A DNA stretch of 64,000 bases, from the sequence record OY720014. One strand, given 5' to 3'. This DNA is from Escherichia phage vB_Eco_QOTSP. Positions 50,495-59,471 of the stretch are shown one piece after another. The notes beneath the pieces were generated by a model that was not told the origin of the DNA, did no database searches, and saw nothing but the letters and a program-made list of their open reading frames with translations. The stretch's first letter is position 1; each line of letters opens with the position of its first letter. A program made the position numbers and the translations under genes.

Positions 50495-51089
50495 ATGAAT
50501 ATTTGTTTAGGTACTACAATTCCGCAGGGTTACGTAATTGATGTCACTACCTGGGAAAATGATGGTGACAACTATAAAACTAAAACACTGTTTGGCGTAG
50601 AAGAGCATGAAATCTTACAATTCCAATATCTTTTAAAGAAGTTTAAAAGCAGACATTCTAGTACTAAAGCTGAACGTTATTGTGGTAATGGCTTGTTCAG
50701 CGAGCAATCGCTTTTTATTTATGAATACTTGGTTGAAGGACTGTTCTCAGAACAACTTTATCCAGAATTCATTAAAAAGGTAGCAATCGCTTTTTATTTA
50801 TGAATACTTGGTTGAAGGACTGTTCTCAGAACAACTTTATCCAGAATTCATTAAAAAGGTCTTTGACATAGAAGTTGACCTTGGTAATAAATCCGAAGAA
50901 GACGAAGAACGTGTATTTGACTTATTCTTTGTGAATGGTAATAAAGTGCTTGAAGGACTTATTAATATTTTAGGCAGTGCTTCTGAGTATTATGATTATG
51001 ATTTTTTGCGTGTAGTTGAGAGTGTTAAATACTCTTATATAGAAAAAGAAATTGTTTTGCCGACCGTTAAAATGTTTAATTTGCTTTAA
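50495..51089 (+). pseudogene. hypothetical gene split by a 79-bp perfect tandem duplication (fragments 50495..50803 and 50808..51089)
   Basis: Peptide LVEGLFSEQLYPEFIKKV encoded twice; duplication length not a multiple of 3. Confidence 0.7.
50703..50860 (+). repeat. perfect tandem duplication 2 x 79 bp
   Basis: 50703..50781 identical to 50782..50860. Confidence 0.9.
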
Positions 51090-51175
51090 GAATTATTTGT
51101 TATTATTAACTCATACCGCACTGATTAATACCCTCTATCATCAAGGGTTCTTGTTTGAGAGCCTTTGTTAATAAT

Positions 51176-51248
51176 TGGGAATTAGCCAAGTTGGTAAGGC
51201 ACTGGATTTTGATTCCAGGATGCAAAGGTTCGAGTCCTTTATTCCCAG
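51176..51248 (+). tRNA. tRNA-Gln (UUG)
   Basis: Cloverleaf: acceptor TGGGAAT/ATTCCCA, anticodon loop TTTTGAT, T-arm AAAGG-TTCGAGT-CCTTT. Confidence 0.85.
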
Positions 51249-51249
51249 C

Positions 51250-51336
51250 GCGAGAATGGTCAAATTGGTAAAGGCACAGCACTTAAAATGCTGCGGAATG
51301 ATTTCCTTGTGGGTTCGAGTCCCACTTCTCGCACCA
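51250..51336 (+). tRNA. tRNA-Leu (UAA), long variable arm, encoded CCA
   Basis: Acceptor GCGAGAA/TTCTCGC, anticodon loop CTTAAAA, T-arm GTGGG-TTCGAGT-CCCAC. Confidence 0.85.
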
Positions 51337-51341
51337 AATTT

Positions 51342-51415
<74 letters not shown>

Positions 51416-51461
51416 ATTTATGACTCGTCGTGAGACGCTCAGTTCTTTATTAGGGACTGAT

Positions 51462-52070
51462 ATGCATTTTTATCTTTATAAAATAACAAATAAAATTAAT
51501 AATAAAATTTATATTGGTGTGCATTCTACCGAAAATTTAGATGATGGATATATGGGTTCTGGTAAATTATTAAAAAGAGCCCAAGATAAATATGGTATAG
51601 AAAATTTTTCTAAAGAAATATTAGAGTATTTTGACGATAAAGAATCTATGCTTGAAGCCGAGAAAAATATTGTCACAGAAGAGTTTTTAAATAGACCAGA
51701 TGTGTATAATTTAAAACTTGGAGGTGAAGGTGGATGGGATCATATAAATAATTATCCTATGACAGATCAGCAACGCGAATTAATTTCATTGGGTGTTAAA
51801 AAGGCGCATTCTAACGGAAAATTAAAAGGATGGTCTTCAAATGGATTAATGAAGAATGGCTTTGCTGGTAAAACTCATTCTCAAGAAGCTAAACGTAAAA
51901 TAGCAAAAGCAAACGAAGCAAAAGTTTCTGCGGATGAAAGAAAAAGAAGAATAGAAATTTCTAAATTATATGATTTTTCTAAACGTGGCGAATTGTCTAA
52001 ATATGCTAAGCATATTGGCGTAAGTCATACTCAAGCAAAAAGAATTCTAAATCAAATTAACAATATATAA
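51462..52070 (+). CDS. segB: GIY-YIG homing endonuclease (SegB-like) inside the tRNA cluster
   Basis: GIY-YIG motif YLYKITNKINNKIYIGVHS; start taken at ATG 51462 (ORF track start 51420 overlaps tRNA-Gly). Confidence 0.8.
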   Translation: MHFYLYKITNKINNKIYIGVHSTENLDDGYMGSGKLLKRAQDKYGIENFSKEILEYFDDKESMLEAEKNIVTEEFLNRPDVYNLKLGGEGGWDHINNYPMTDQQRELISLGVKKAHSNGKLKGWSSNGLMKNGFAGKTHSQEAKRKIAKANEAKVSADERKRRIEISKLYDFSKRGELSKYAKHIGVSHTQAKRILNQINNI

Positions 52071-52076
52071 ATATTT

Positions 52077-52166
52077 GGAGGCGTGGCAGAGTGGTTTAAT
52101 GCACCGGTCTTGAAAACCGGCAGTCGCTCCGGCGACTCATAGGTTCAAATCCTATCGCCTCCGCCA
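52077..52166 (+). tRNA. tRNA-Ser (UGA), long variable arm
   Basis: Acceptor GGAGGCG/CGCCTCC, anticodon loop CTTGAAA, CCA encoded. Confidence 0.85.
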
Positions 52167-52172
52167 GTTTTT

Positions 52173-52248
52173 GCTGATTTAGCTCAGTAGGTAGAGCACC
52201 TCACTTGTAATGAGGACGTCGGCGGTTCGATTCCGTCAATCAGCACCA
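52173..52248 (+). tRNA. tRNA-Thr (UGU)
   Basis: Acceptor GCTGATT/AATCAGC, anticodon loop CTTGTAA, T-arm GGCGG-TTCGATT-CCGTC. Confidence 0.85.
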
Positions 52249-52249
52249 A

Positions 52250-52324
52250 GGCCCTGTAGCTGGAAGGTTCAAGCAAGCGACTCATAATCGCCAGATGGTG
52301 GTTCAATTCCACCCAGGGCCACCA
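52250..52324 (+). tRNA. tRNA-Ile (CAU anticodon; Met-like by sequence)
   Basis: Acceptor GGCCCTG/CAGGGCC, anticodon loop CTCATAA. Confidence 0.8.
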
Positions 52325-52333
52325 AATTAATTT

Positions 52334-52420
52334 GGGGAGTTATCCCGTAGAGGTAGCGGTGTGGACTGTAAATTCATTGTCATTGCGACTCGGGTGGTTC
52401 GACTCCACCACTCCCCACCA
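52334..52420 (+). tRNA. tRNA-Tyr (GUA), long variable arm
   Basis: Acceptor GGGGAGT/ACTCCCC, anticodon loop CTGTAAA, T-arm GGTGG-TTCGACT-CCACC. Confidence 0.75.
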
Positions 52421-52424
52421 ATTT

Positions 52425-52499
52425 GGATGTGTAGCTCAATGGCAGAGCGATCGCCTGTTAAGCGATTGGTTATAGGTTCGAATCCTATCACGTCCGCCA
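52425..52499 (+). tRNA. tRNA-Asn (GUU)
   Basis: Acceptor GGATGTG/CACGTCC, anticodon stem ATCGC/GCGAT, loop CTGTTAA. Confidence 0.8.
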
Positions 52500-52503
52500 A
52501 ATT

Positions 52504-52519
52504 TGTGACAACTGTCACA
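52504..52519. promoter_or_regulatory. perfect TGTGA-N6-TCACA palindrome (CRP-consensus-like) in tRNA cluster spacer
   Basis: TGTGACAACTGTCACA seen directly; function unknown. Confidence 0.3.
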
Positions 52520-52613
52520 TTAATATCTACTTGACGCGATTATAGGGGTTGAACTGATCACTCTTCTCTTAATTTCGTGTGAAGACATCTTGATTGTTGG
52601 AGTAGGTATTAAT

Positions 52614-52689
52614 GTGGCCGTAGTTCAGTTGGTAGAACTCGAGATTGTGATTCTCGTAGTCATGGGTTCGACTCCCATCGGTCACCCCA
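52614..52689 (+). tRNA. tRNA-His (GUG), no encoded G-1
   Basis: Acceptor GTGGCCG/CGGTCAC, anticodon stem CGAGA/TCTCG, loop TTGTGAT. Confidence 0.8.
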
Positions 52690-52693
52690 ATTA

Positions 52694-52769
52694 CGGGGCA
52701 TAGCTCAGAAGGAAGAGCAAGGACCTTCTAAGTCCTAGGTCGTAGGTTCGATCCCTACTGCCTCGACCA
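52694..52769 (+). tRNA. tRNA-Arg (UCU)
   Basis: Acceptor CGGGGCA/TGCCTCG, anticodon stem AGGAC/GTCCT, loop CTTCTAA. Confidence 0.85.
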
Positions 52770-52787
52770 ATTATAAGTGAGGAAAAT

Positions 52788-53138
52788 ATGAAAGGTAATG
52801 TTTATTTAGTAGTTCATGATTTAACATTTTACTTCAATGAATATGAAAAACATATCTCATTTCGTGAAATTAATTTACTTTATCAACATGCGGATTATAT
52901 TTATATTCAAAACGAATTTGGTCATTGGCAATTTCTCAAAAATCGTTCATTTGGCTTAGATGGTTACGAATACTTTGAACGTAAAGACCTTTTAGATAAA
53001 ATTCCGTTATCTACGCAATATCAAAATCACAAATCTTTATATAAATGCCGTCCAATTCGAAATGTTGAATCCGCGTATGAAGCAATTGATTTATGGCGTG
53101 AACGCCGTAAACAGATTGATGCTTTAAAAGAATATTAA
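52788..53138 (+). CDS. hypothetical protein (116 aa)
   Basis: ORF with GAGGAA RBS directly after tRNA-Arg. Confidence 0.6.
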   Translation: MKGNVYLVVHDLTFYFNEYEKHISFREINLLYQHADYIYIQNEFGHWQFLKNRSFGLDGYEYFERKDLLDKIPLSTQYQNHKSLYKCRPIRNVESAYEAIDLWRERRKQIDALKEY

Positions 53139-53447
53139 GAAACCGGGTCGCTACCGGTAAGTCGTCGGACTGATGTTCCCTGAGTAAGGAATTGCGTTAA
53201 TAATCTTTGCGTTTATTGATGCCCTCTTACATCACAGCAGAAACGGCGCACCGAATTATCGATTCGAGGAAATATCTTTGCCGTAAGCCGAGTAGCGTTT
53301 TTGACGGAACGTTCGGATATGGTCGAGATATGGCCTTTTAAAAATATTGAGTAGCGTCAACTGCTTAATAACCGGGTTCGAATCCCGGCGTTTCGTACAA
53401 ACACTTGCCTTAGCAGGTGGAACCCCGACAAGGTTGCCGCAAGGCTT
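53139..53447 (+). ncRNA. putative small stable RNA(s) / tRNA-like element (ORF-free structured region)
   Basis: About 310 bp with no ORF of 60 aa or more in any frame, several local hairpins, tRNA-like T-arm CCGGG-TTCGAAT-CCCGG at 53372..53388, followed by terminator. Confidence 0.35.
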
Positions 53448-53475
53448 AGCCCCGACCGAAAGGTTGGGGCTTTTT
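53448..53475 (+). terminator. rho-independent terminator AGCCCCGACC-GAAA-GGTTGGGGCT + T5
   Basis: Seen directly; near-identical copy at 54007..54035. Confidence 0.8.
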
Positions 53476-53477
53476 GG

Positions 53478-53485
53478 TATAAATA
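53478..53485 (+). promoter_or_regulatory. late promoter TATAAATA upstream of ORF 53526
   Basis: Exact motif about 40 bp upstream of ATG. Confidence 0.55.
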
Positions 53486-53525
53486 TAGTAGTATATTAAA
53501 TCCACGAATTAAAACAGGAAATAAG

Positions 53526-53999
53526 ATGAAATCATATACTCAATTTTTAAATGAAGCGGTGTTAAATGAAGCATCTAGCACCGAAATTCAAGCTGTCGCA
53601 AAAGCAGCCATTGCAGCGGGTAAATATTCCTATAAAGATGCTTCTGATGAATCGCGATTCCAGTTCGCACGCGACATGAAAGCGGAAGGATTTACGGGAA
53701 ATGCAGTTAGTATGGCCTGGAAAAGTTTAGTTGCTACTGGAGCTGCTTTTGCAAAGGCTTCAGGTAAACCTGCTCCTAAGGCTGACCCTAAAGCAGCACA
53801 AGAAAAAAATATTGCTAAAGGAATTATCTCTAGGTATGAAGCAATTCTTAAAGAACTTTTGATAATTAAGACCGAAGGCCAGAAACTTGCGCGAGCTCAT
53901 AGTTTCAAAGATAATCCACATGCTCATGACCTAGAGTATGTTGAAGACATCCAAAAAATTATTAAAGATCGCATTTGGTCTGCTAAACAAATCAAATAA
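53526..53999 (+). CDS. hypothetical 157-aa protein with CTS-like N-terminus (MKSYTQFLNEA); candidate head internal protein
   Basis: ORF with RBS, late promoter, Ala/Lys-rich. Confidence 0.6.
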   Translation: MKSYTQFLNEAVLNEASSTEIQAVAKAAIAAGKYSYKDASDESRFQFARDMKAEGFTGNAVSMAWKSLVATGAAFAKASGKPAPKADPKAAQEKNIAKGIISRYEAILKELLIIKTEGQKLARAHSFKDNPHAHDLEYVEDIQKIIKDRIWSAKQIK

Positions 54000-54006
54000 C
54001 ATTCTT

Positions 54007-54035
54007 AGCCCCGACCAAAAGGTTGGGGCTTTTTG
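54007..54035 (+). terminator. rho-independent terminator (second copy of GCCCCGACC...GGTTGGGGC + T5)
   Basis: Seen directly. Confidence 0.8.
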
Positions 54036-54167
54036 GTATCTAGGCCTTTCCGGGCCTCTCTAGACATCATTTAGTTTCTACCCTTTATAATATATTATCC
54101 TATCTTTTAATTGCCCCTCCCTGCCCTAGAATTCCCCAAAACTTTTTAAAAATTTTTTCACAAAACA

Positions 54168-54198
54168 GTTTACATCCTTACCCTTCCATGGTACTATA
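54168..54198 (+). promoter_or_regulatory. T4-type early promoter (GTTTACA ... TACTAT)
   Basis: Motifs seen upstream of ORF 54241. Confidence 0.5.
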
Positions 54199-54240
54199 CA
54201 ACTATCAACTACTGATACAGAAAACAACTTGGAGAATGAA

Positions 54241-54504
54241 ATGGATAATTACGGCGAACTGTTCAACTTCTTTATGAAATGTGTTTCAGAAGATTTTGGT
54301 CGTACAGTGAATGATATTAAAGTTATCGGTCCTGATCATCCGATGTTTGAAACTTACGCAGTAATGGGTAATGAAGATGGTCAGTGGTATACTGTAAAGG
54401 TTGTGATTAACATGTTCACTGCTGAAGGTTATGTTAAACTGTCTTCTAAAGTTTACCATGATAACGATGAAATCGCAGAAGAATATTTCAATAATATGAA
54501 ATAA
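54241..54504 (+). CDS. hypothetical protein (87 aa)
   Basis: ATG with GGAGAA RBS (ORF track start 54229 is TTG). Confidence 0.6.
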   Translation: MDNYGELFNFFMKCVSEDFGRTVNDIKVIGPDHPMFETYAVMGNEDGQWYTVKVVINMFTAEGYVKLSSKVYHDNDEIAEEYFNNMK

Positions 54505-54545
54505 GTTTACACGGGCTCATGATTGAGATATTATGAGCCTATAAC
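54505..54545 (+). promoter_or_regulatory. early promoter with stem-loop (GGCTCAT...ATGAGCC)
   Basis: GTTTAC then 7-bp inverted repeat enclosing a -10-like TATTAT. Confidence 0.5.
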
Positions 54546-54560
54546 TTTGAGGAGAACATT

Positions 54561-54893
54561 ATGAAACGTAACTTTAGTAAAGCTTTTTGTAATAGAAATT
54601 ATTATCCTGAAGAGCTTTTTGAATCTAAGGACTTTAAAGAGTTTAACGAACGTTCTCAAAACATGCCTGTACAATGGGTGTTAGATTATGCCAAACGTAT
54701 CTTTGAAGGTGTACGTTGGTTCAGTCCTGATGATGAAGCCCCATATTTTCAAAGGGCATGGTCTATAGTCAATCAAGCTTATATTGATGCTTTAGAAAAT
54801 ATTAATATTATGGATGATGATGCTTTGTTAATCATCGATGAGTCTATTAATAGTAGTATCGATAAATTTATTGATGAATTGGACGAAGAATAA
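54561..54893 (+). CDS. hypothetical protein (110 aa)
   Basis: ORF with GAGGAG RBS. Confidence 0.6.
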   Translation: MKRNFSKAFCNRNYYPEELFESKDFKEFNERSQNMPVQWVLDYAKRIFEGVRWFSPDDEAPYFQRAWSIVNQAYIDALENINIMDDDALLIIDESINSSIDKFIDELDEE

Positions 54894-54930
54894 GTTTACA
54901 AACTCTTGGGAGTAGAGTATAATACTCCCA
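54894..54930 (+). promoter_or_regulatory. early promoter with stem-loop (GGGAGTA-GAGTATAA-TACTCCC; TATAAT in loop)
   Basis: GTTTACA -35, TATAAT -10 seen. Confidence 0.6.
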
Positions 54931-54968
54931 CGGATTATAAAAACCCTTAATTAACTAAAGGAAATGCT

Positions 54969-55562
54969 ATGAACATGCTGAAGAAAATTGTTGAGTTTAT
55001 TCGCACTAAACTTGGTTCTGCTATGGCTAAAAATCTATCTGTTGAAGAACAGTATACTGCTGCAGCAGCAAAACTACTTGATAAGATTAAAGATCTAAAA
55101 ACTGCTTCTGTTAAATCTATTAATGAAGAAAAACGTATTCGTGAACTTATTGTCGAAAAGAATCGACAGGCCGAATCAAAAGAGCGTGAAATTCGCAAGC
55201 TTCTTTCTGAAGGTCAAGATGTAACAATGCATGCTAAACTTGGTTTACTATATCGTCGAACAGCTGAGCAGTTGACTACTAAAGCTGATGGTTATGCTGA
55301 AATGCGAATTGAAATCGCCAAGAAAGTAGTTGAGTTAGATGATGCTCGCCAAGAACTTGCAGTTAAATTGGAATATATCCGTGAAACTCGCGCCGCGAAT
55401 GCCCTCGGAATTAGTACTGCTGATGATGTAGTTGAAATTGCAGCACTGACTAAGGTTGATATTGAAGATACTCTTGCTCGAGTTGAAACCTTTAATGGCA
55501 ATATTTCTGGGGTTGAAACTACCTCTGCCGATGTTCAGGAATACATTAATTCTCTGAAATAA
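54969..55562 (+). CDS. hypothetical alpha-helical coiled-coil protein (197 aa)
   Basis: ORF with RBS; followed by hairpin GGGGC-TTCG-GCCCC at 55569..55582. Confidence 0.6.
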   Translation: MNMLKKIVEFIRTKLGSAMAKNLSVEEQYTAAAAKLLDKIKDLKTASVKSINEEKRIRELIVEKNRQAESKEREIRKLLSEGQDVTMHAKLGLLYRRTAEQLTTKADGYAEMRIEIAKKVVELDDARQELAVKLEYIRETRAANALGISTADDVVEIAALTKVDIEDTLARVETFNGNISGVETTSADVQEYINSLK

Positions 55563-55603
55563 TGATAAGGGGCTTCGGCCCCTATTACTTGGAGTAAGTA
55601 GGA

Positions 55604-56212
55604 ATGAAAATGCAAAGTGATTTCAATTCAATGTTTGAAGAGTTCCAAAGACAGGTTGATGTTCCAGACCAATTATTAAATGCTCTTAAACGTATGGCAG
55701 AAGGACGTAATTATTATTGGGGTTCTTCATATGAAACTGATGAAAGTCTTTCTAGAGGATTTTCTAGAGGTAAAAAGTCTTTAATACGTCCTGGAATACT
55801 TATTAACAGTATTGAATCAATTCATTTATTAACATGCGATTTTGACGTTGAATTTACTGATTTTGTTTCTCCTGAATGGACGGTCTGTTATTTAAACGAC
55901 GATTATGATTATCTTGGCGTTTATAGTTTAAGTGATGCATGGTTTAAACGTAATTTACAAAAGTCAAATTTATTTTATATTGATACTACGGTAAAATTTC
56001 AGGGAAAGAAATATTTCTTTACTCTTATAGTTGACTCTGAAACGAAACATGAAAATAAACGTATTCTTAGTAAAAAGAATATCTTAACTATTGTTGATGA
56101 TCTTTTTGATAAATTTGTGGAAAATCCCAATTTTGAAAGCGATTTATTACTAGAAAAATTTGTTAAGGAATGTAGAGAATATGTCAAAGCCATCACTATA
56201 CCTTCCAAGTAA
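55604..56212 (+). CDS. hypothetical protein (202 aa), C-terminal FVKECREY motif
   Basis: ORF; first member of the junction-motif family. Confidence 0.6.
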   Translation: MKMQSDFNSMFEEFQRQVDVPDQLLNALKRMAEGRNYYWGSSYETDESLSRGFSRGKKSLIRPGILINSIESIHLLTCDFDVEFTDFVSPEWTVCYLNDDYDYLGVYSLSDAWFKRNLQKSNLFYIDTTVKFQGKKYFFTLIVDSETKHENKRILSKKNILTIVDDLFDKFVENPNFESDLLLEKFVKECREYVKAITIPSK

Positions 56213-56573
56213 ACCGTTGAAGTATGAATTAAAGCGTCAGATAATTTCTACTGATGTGTTAATAGGTCCTGTGGTAGCCGTATCATTTGTGATTCTGCTG
56301 ATTGCTGGAATAGTTATAGACGTTATGACTGATATTGAATCTGGTGCAATATTTGGAGCAACACTAATTCTTCCATTGGTAGTTCCGCTTTTATTAGTAC
56401 CTATAAATTGGATAGGATATTGGTATCAAGGAAGACACTATCGTAAACGTGTACGTGATTGGAAAGCTCAGTGTAAAAAGATTAAAAAGGAACATCAGCT
56501 TAAACTTGCTGCGCATGAATTTGATGAAATTATGAAATTTGTTAAGGAATCACGATGCAAAAGCCAAAACTAA
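56181..56573 (+). CDS. small membrane protein (about 130 aa), C-terminal FVKESRCK motif
   Basis: Two predicted TM segments; start taken at ATG 56181 (ORF track start 56160 is upstream). Confidence 0.55.
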   Translation: MSKPSLYLPSKPLKYELKRQIISTDVLIGPVVAVSFVILLIAGIVIDVMTDIESGAIFGATLILPLVVPLLLVPINWIGYWYQGRHYRKRVRDWKAQCKKIKKEHQLKLAAHEFDEIMKFVKESRCKSQN

Positions 56574-56917
56574 ATAAAGTCAAATATTCTCTTCCTGAGT
56601 CATTTTTAATTTTTGCTGTAGCGTTGGCTGCAGCTCTTGCGGGTAGTCTTTTTGGATTGTTAATTGACTGTCTTATTTTAAACATTGACGGCACAGTAAA
56701 TATAATAGAAGTTTGGAGTGAACTTCACTATACTAAAATTATTTCATTATTTTCATTCTTTGGTACAATGTTATATTTTCATTATGATAATTTTAAAATA
56801 AATTGGCAAAGAAAAAAGGATTACAAAATACAATTAAAGGAATATAATAGCTACATGTCTTATATTGAAAAAGAATCAATGGAAGAGTTTGTGAGTGATT
56901 GTAGGAAAATTAAATGA
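56555..56917 (+). CDS. small membrane protein (120 aa), C-terminal FVSDCRKIK motif
   Basis: TM segments; RBS AAGGAA. Confidence 0.6.
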   Translation: MQKPKLNKVKYSLPESFLIFAVALAAALAGSLFGLLIDCLILNIDGTVNIIEVWSELHYTKIISLFSFFGTMLYFHYDNFKINWQRKKDYKIQLKEYNSYMSYIEKESMEEFVSDCRKIK

Positions 56918-57398
56918 TTTTAAAAACTCGCTGGTATGATTTAGATGATGGGGATGATGGCATTTCAGTTGATAGAGTTGACTGGAATGGTTGTTCCGAA
57001 GATATGAAAAATTTGTTGATTAGGGAGTTTAGAATGGGATATCAAGCAGCTAAGCCATCTATTATAACAGATGATAAATTCGTGTGTATTCATAATGGTC
57101 GTGCTAAGTTAACAAATGCTGATTGGTTTACAAATAAGATTATGATTCTGTGGTATATCATTAGTCTTCCTGTGTCATCATTTGTATTTTGCTTCTTTGG
57201 TGAAAGTCCAATAGGCAGAACAGGAGATTGGATTCTTTTAATTATGCTTGTTAATATTTTGACAGCAGCAATATTATCTGGGATATGGTACACGTTCATT
57301 GAAATGCCATGGCGGCTACGCAGACAACAAAAGATTTTTGATGAAAAGAAATACGCTCAAAATTTAAATAACTTTATCACTGAATGCAGGAAATTAAA

Positions 57399-57402
<4 letters not shown>
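56914..57402 (+). CDS. small membrane protein (162 aa), C-terminal FITECRKLK motif
   Basis: TM segments; ATGA overlap with previous gene. Confidence 0.6.
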
Positions 57403-58371
<969 letters not shown>

Positions 58372-58375
58372 AGTT

Positions 58376-58409
58376 GTTTACTTTCTCCTAGAATTGTGAT
58401 AGTATATTC
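58376..58409 (+). promoter_or_regulatory. early promoter with stem-loop (TGTGA...TCACA) upstream of denV
   Basis: GTTTAC and A/T-rich -10 seen. Confidence 0.5.
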
Positions 58410-58430
58410 ACAGTTACTTGGAGGGATAAA

Positions 58431-58847
58431 ATGACTCGTATTAATTTGACTTTAGTATCTGAACTTGCTGATCAACATTTAATCGCAGAATACCGTGAAT
58501 TGCCGCGTGTTTTTGGTATAGTTCGTAAGCATGTGGCAAACGGTAAGCGCGTTAAAGATTTTAAAATATCTTCCGAGTTTATTTTAGGTTCTGGTCATGT
58601 TACGTTCTTTTACGATAAGTTAGAATTTTTGCGAAAGCGTCAATCGGACATTATAACGGAATGCTTAAAACGCGGGTTCAGTATAAAAGATACTGAAGTT
58701 CCTGACATCAGCGATATTCCAGTAGAATGGAAAAATGATTATAATCCATGCAAATCAGCTATTAAATTGAGTCAACAACGACTTGATGAAAAAATTTTAA
58801 TGAAACCACATTGGTATAAGTATTACGGTAAAAATATTTACATTTAA
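58431..58847 (+). CDS. denV: endonuclease V (pyrimidine dimer DNA glycosylase)
   Basis: 138 aa, [17 protein letters not shown]... recognisable as T4 DenV. Confidence 0.95.
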   Translation: MTRINLTLVSELADQHLIAEYRELPRVFGIVRKHVANGKRVKDFKISSEFILGSGHVTFFYDKLEFLRKRQSDIITECLKRGFSIKDTEVPDISDIPVEWKNDYNPCKSAIKLSQQRLDEKILMKPHWYKYYGKNIYI

Positions 58848-58856
58848 AGGAAACAT

Positions 58857-59330
58857 ATGAAAACATATCAAGAATTTATCGCTGAAGCAGCTATTAATTC
58901 TCAAATTATTGCTGAATCTTTTACTGATCTTTTGAAATTTAAAAAAGGTCAAAAAATCACTGCTGTATTGGATGATGGTACAGAAGTTGAGATGGATGTA
59001 CAGGGATATAATTATGCAGTAGATGGAAAACTGTATAATAAATCTCATGCTAAATTTGATTCATTTGACGACTTTGTTAATACAGTTGAAGATGAAAAAA
59101 CTCGTAGATCCATTGCAACTGGTGATGCTAAGGTTCTTATGGCACATGGTCATGAACGCATTCGCGCTAAACAGAATAAAATGGGTGAAGATAATTTCGC
59201 ATTAGTTGGTTATCAATCTGGTAAACAAACTTATGGCTATCAACGTACTGCTACCATGTATAATAAAAATGGTAAAATTGCCTTTGTGAATAGTAAAGGT
59301 TCTATTCAGTACGTTAAATCGTTCAAATAA
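58857..59330 (+). CDS. internal protein-like head protein (CTS MKTYQEFIAEAA), 157 aa
   Basis: Canonical capsid targeting sequence; position near e as for T4 ipII/ipIII. Confidence 0.65.
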   Translation: MKTYQEFIAEAAINSQIIAESFTDLLKFKKGQKITAVLDDGTEVEMDVQGYNYAVDGKLYNKSHAKFDSFDDFVNTVEDEKTRRSIATGDAKVLMAHGHERIRAKQNKMGEDNFALVGYQSGKQTYGYQRTATMYNKNGKIAFVNSKGSIQYVKSFK

Positions 59331-59471
59331 TATGGGAACAACCTGGACCTCATGATTCTATGAGGGATTCCCGCCAACCTGTAATAAGGTCGAGCCTGAG
59401 TGCGGTAATGGGTAAATACAGAAATGGACAATTCATGCGCCACGGAATGGCCCAAATTTAGAGAGAATAAA

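Noticed and set aside
53139-53475. Retron ncRNA (msr/msd) or group I intron in the ORF-free structured region
   Set aside because: No reverse transcriptase gene adjacent; the region is not inside a gene and I could not identify P1-P9-type elements; left as candidate stable RNA only
54969-55562. PspA/IM30-family assignment for the 197-aa coiled-coil ORF
   Set aside because: Only a superficial resemblance (helical, similar length, one short shared peptide); insufficient to call without a profile search
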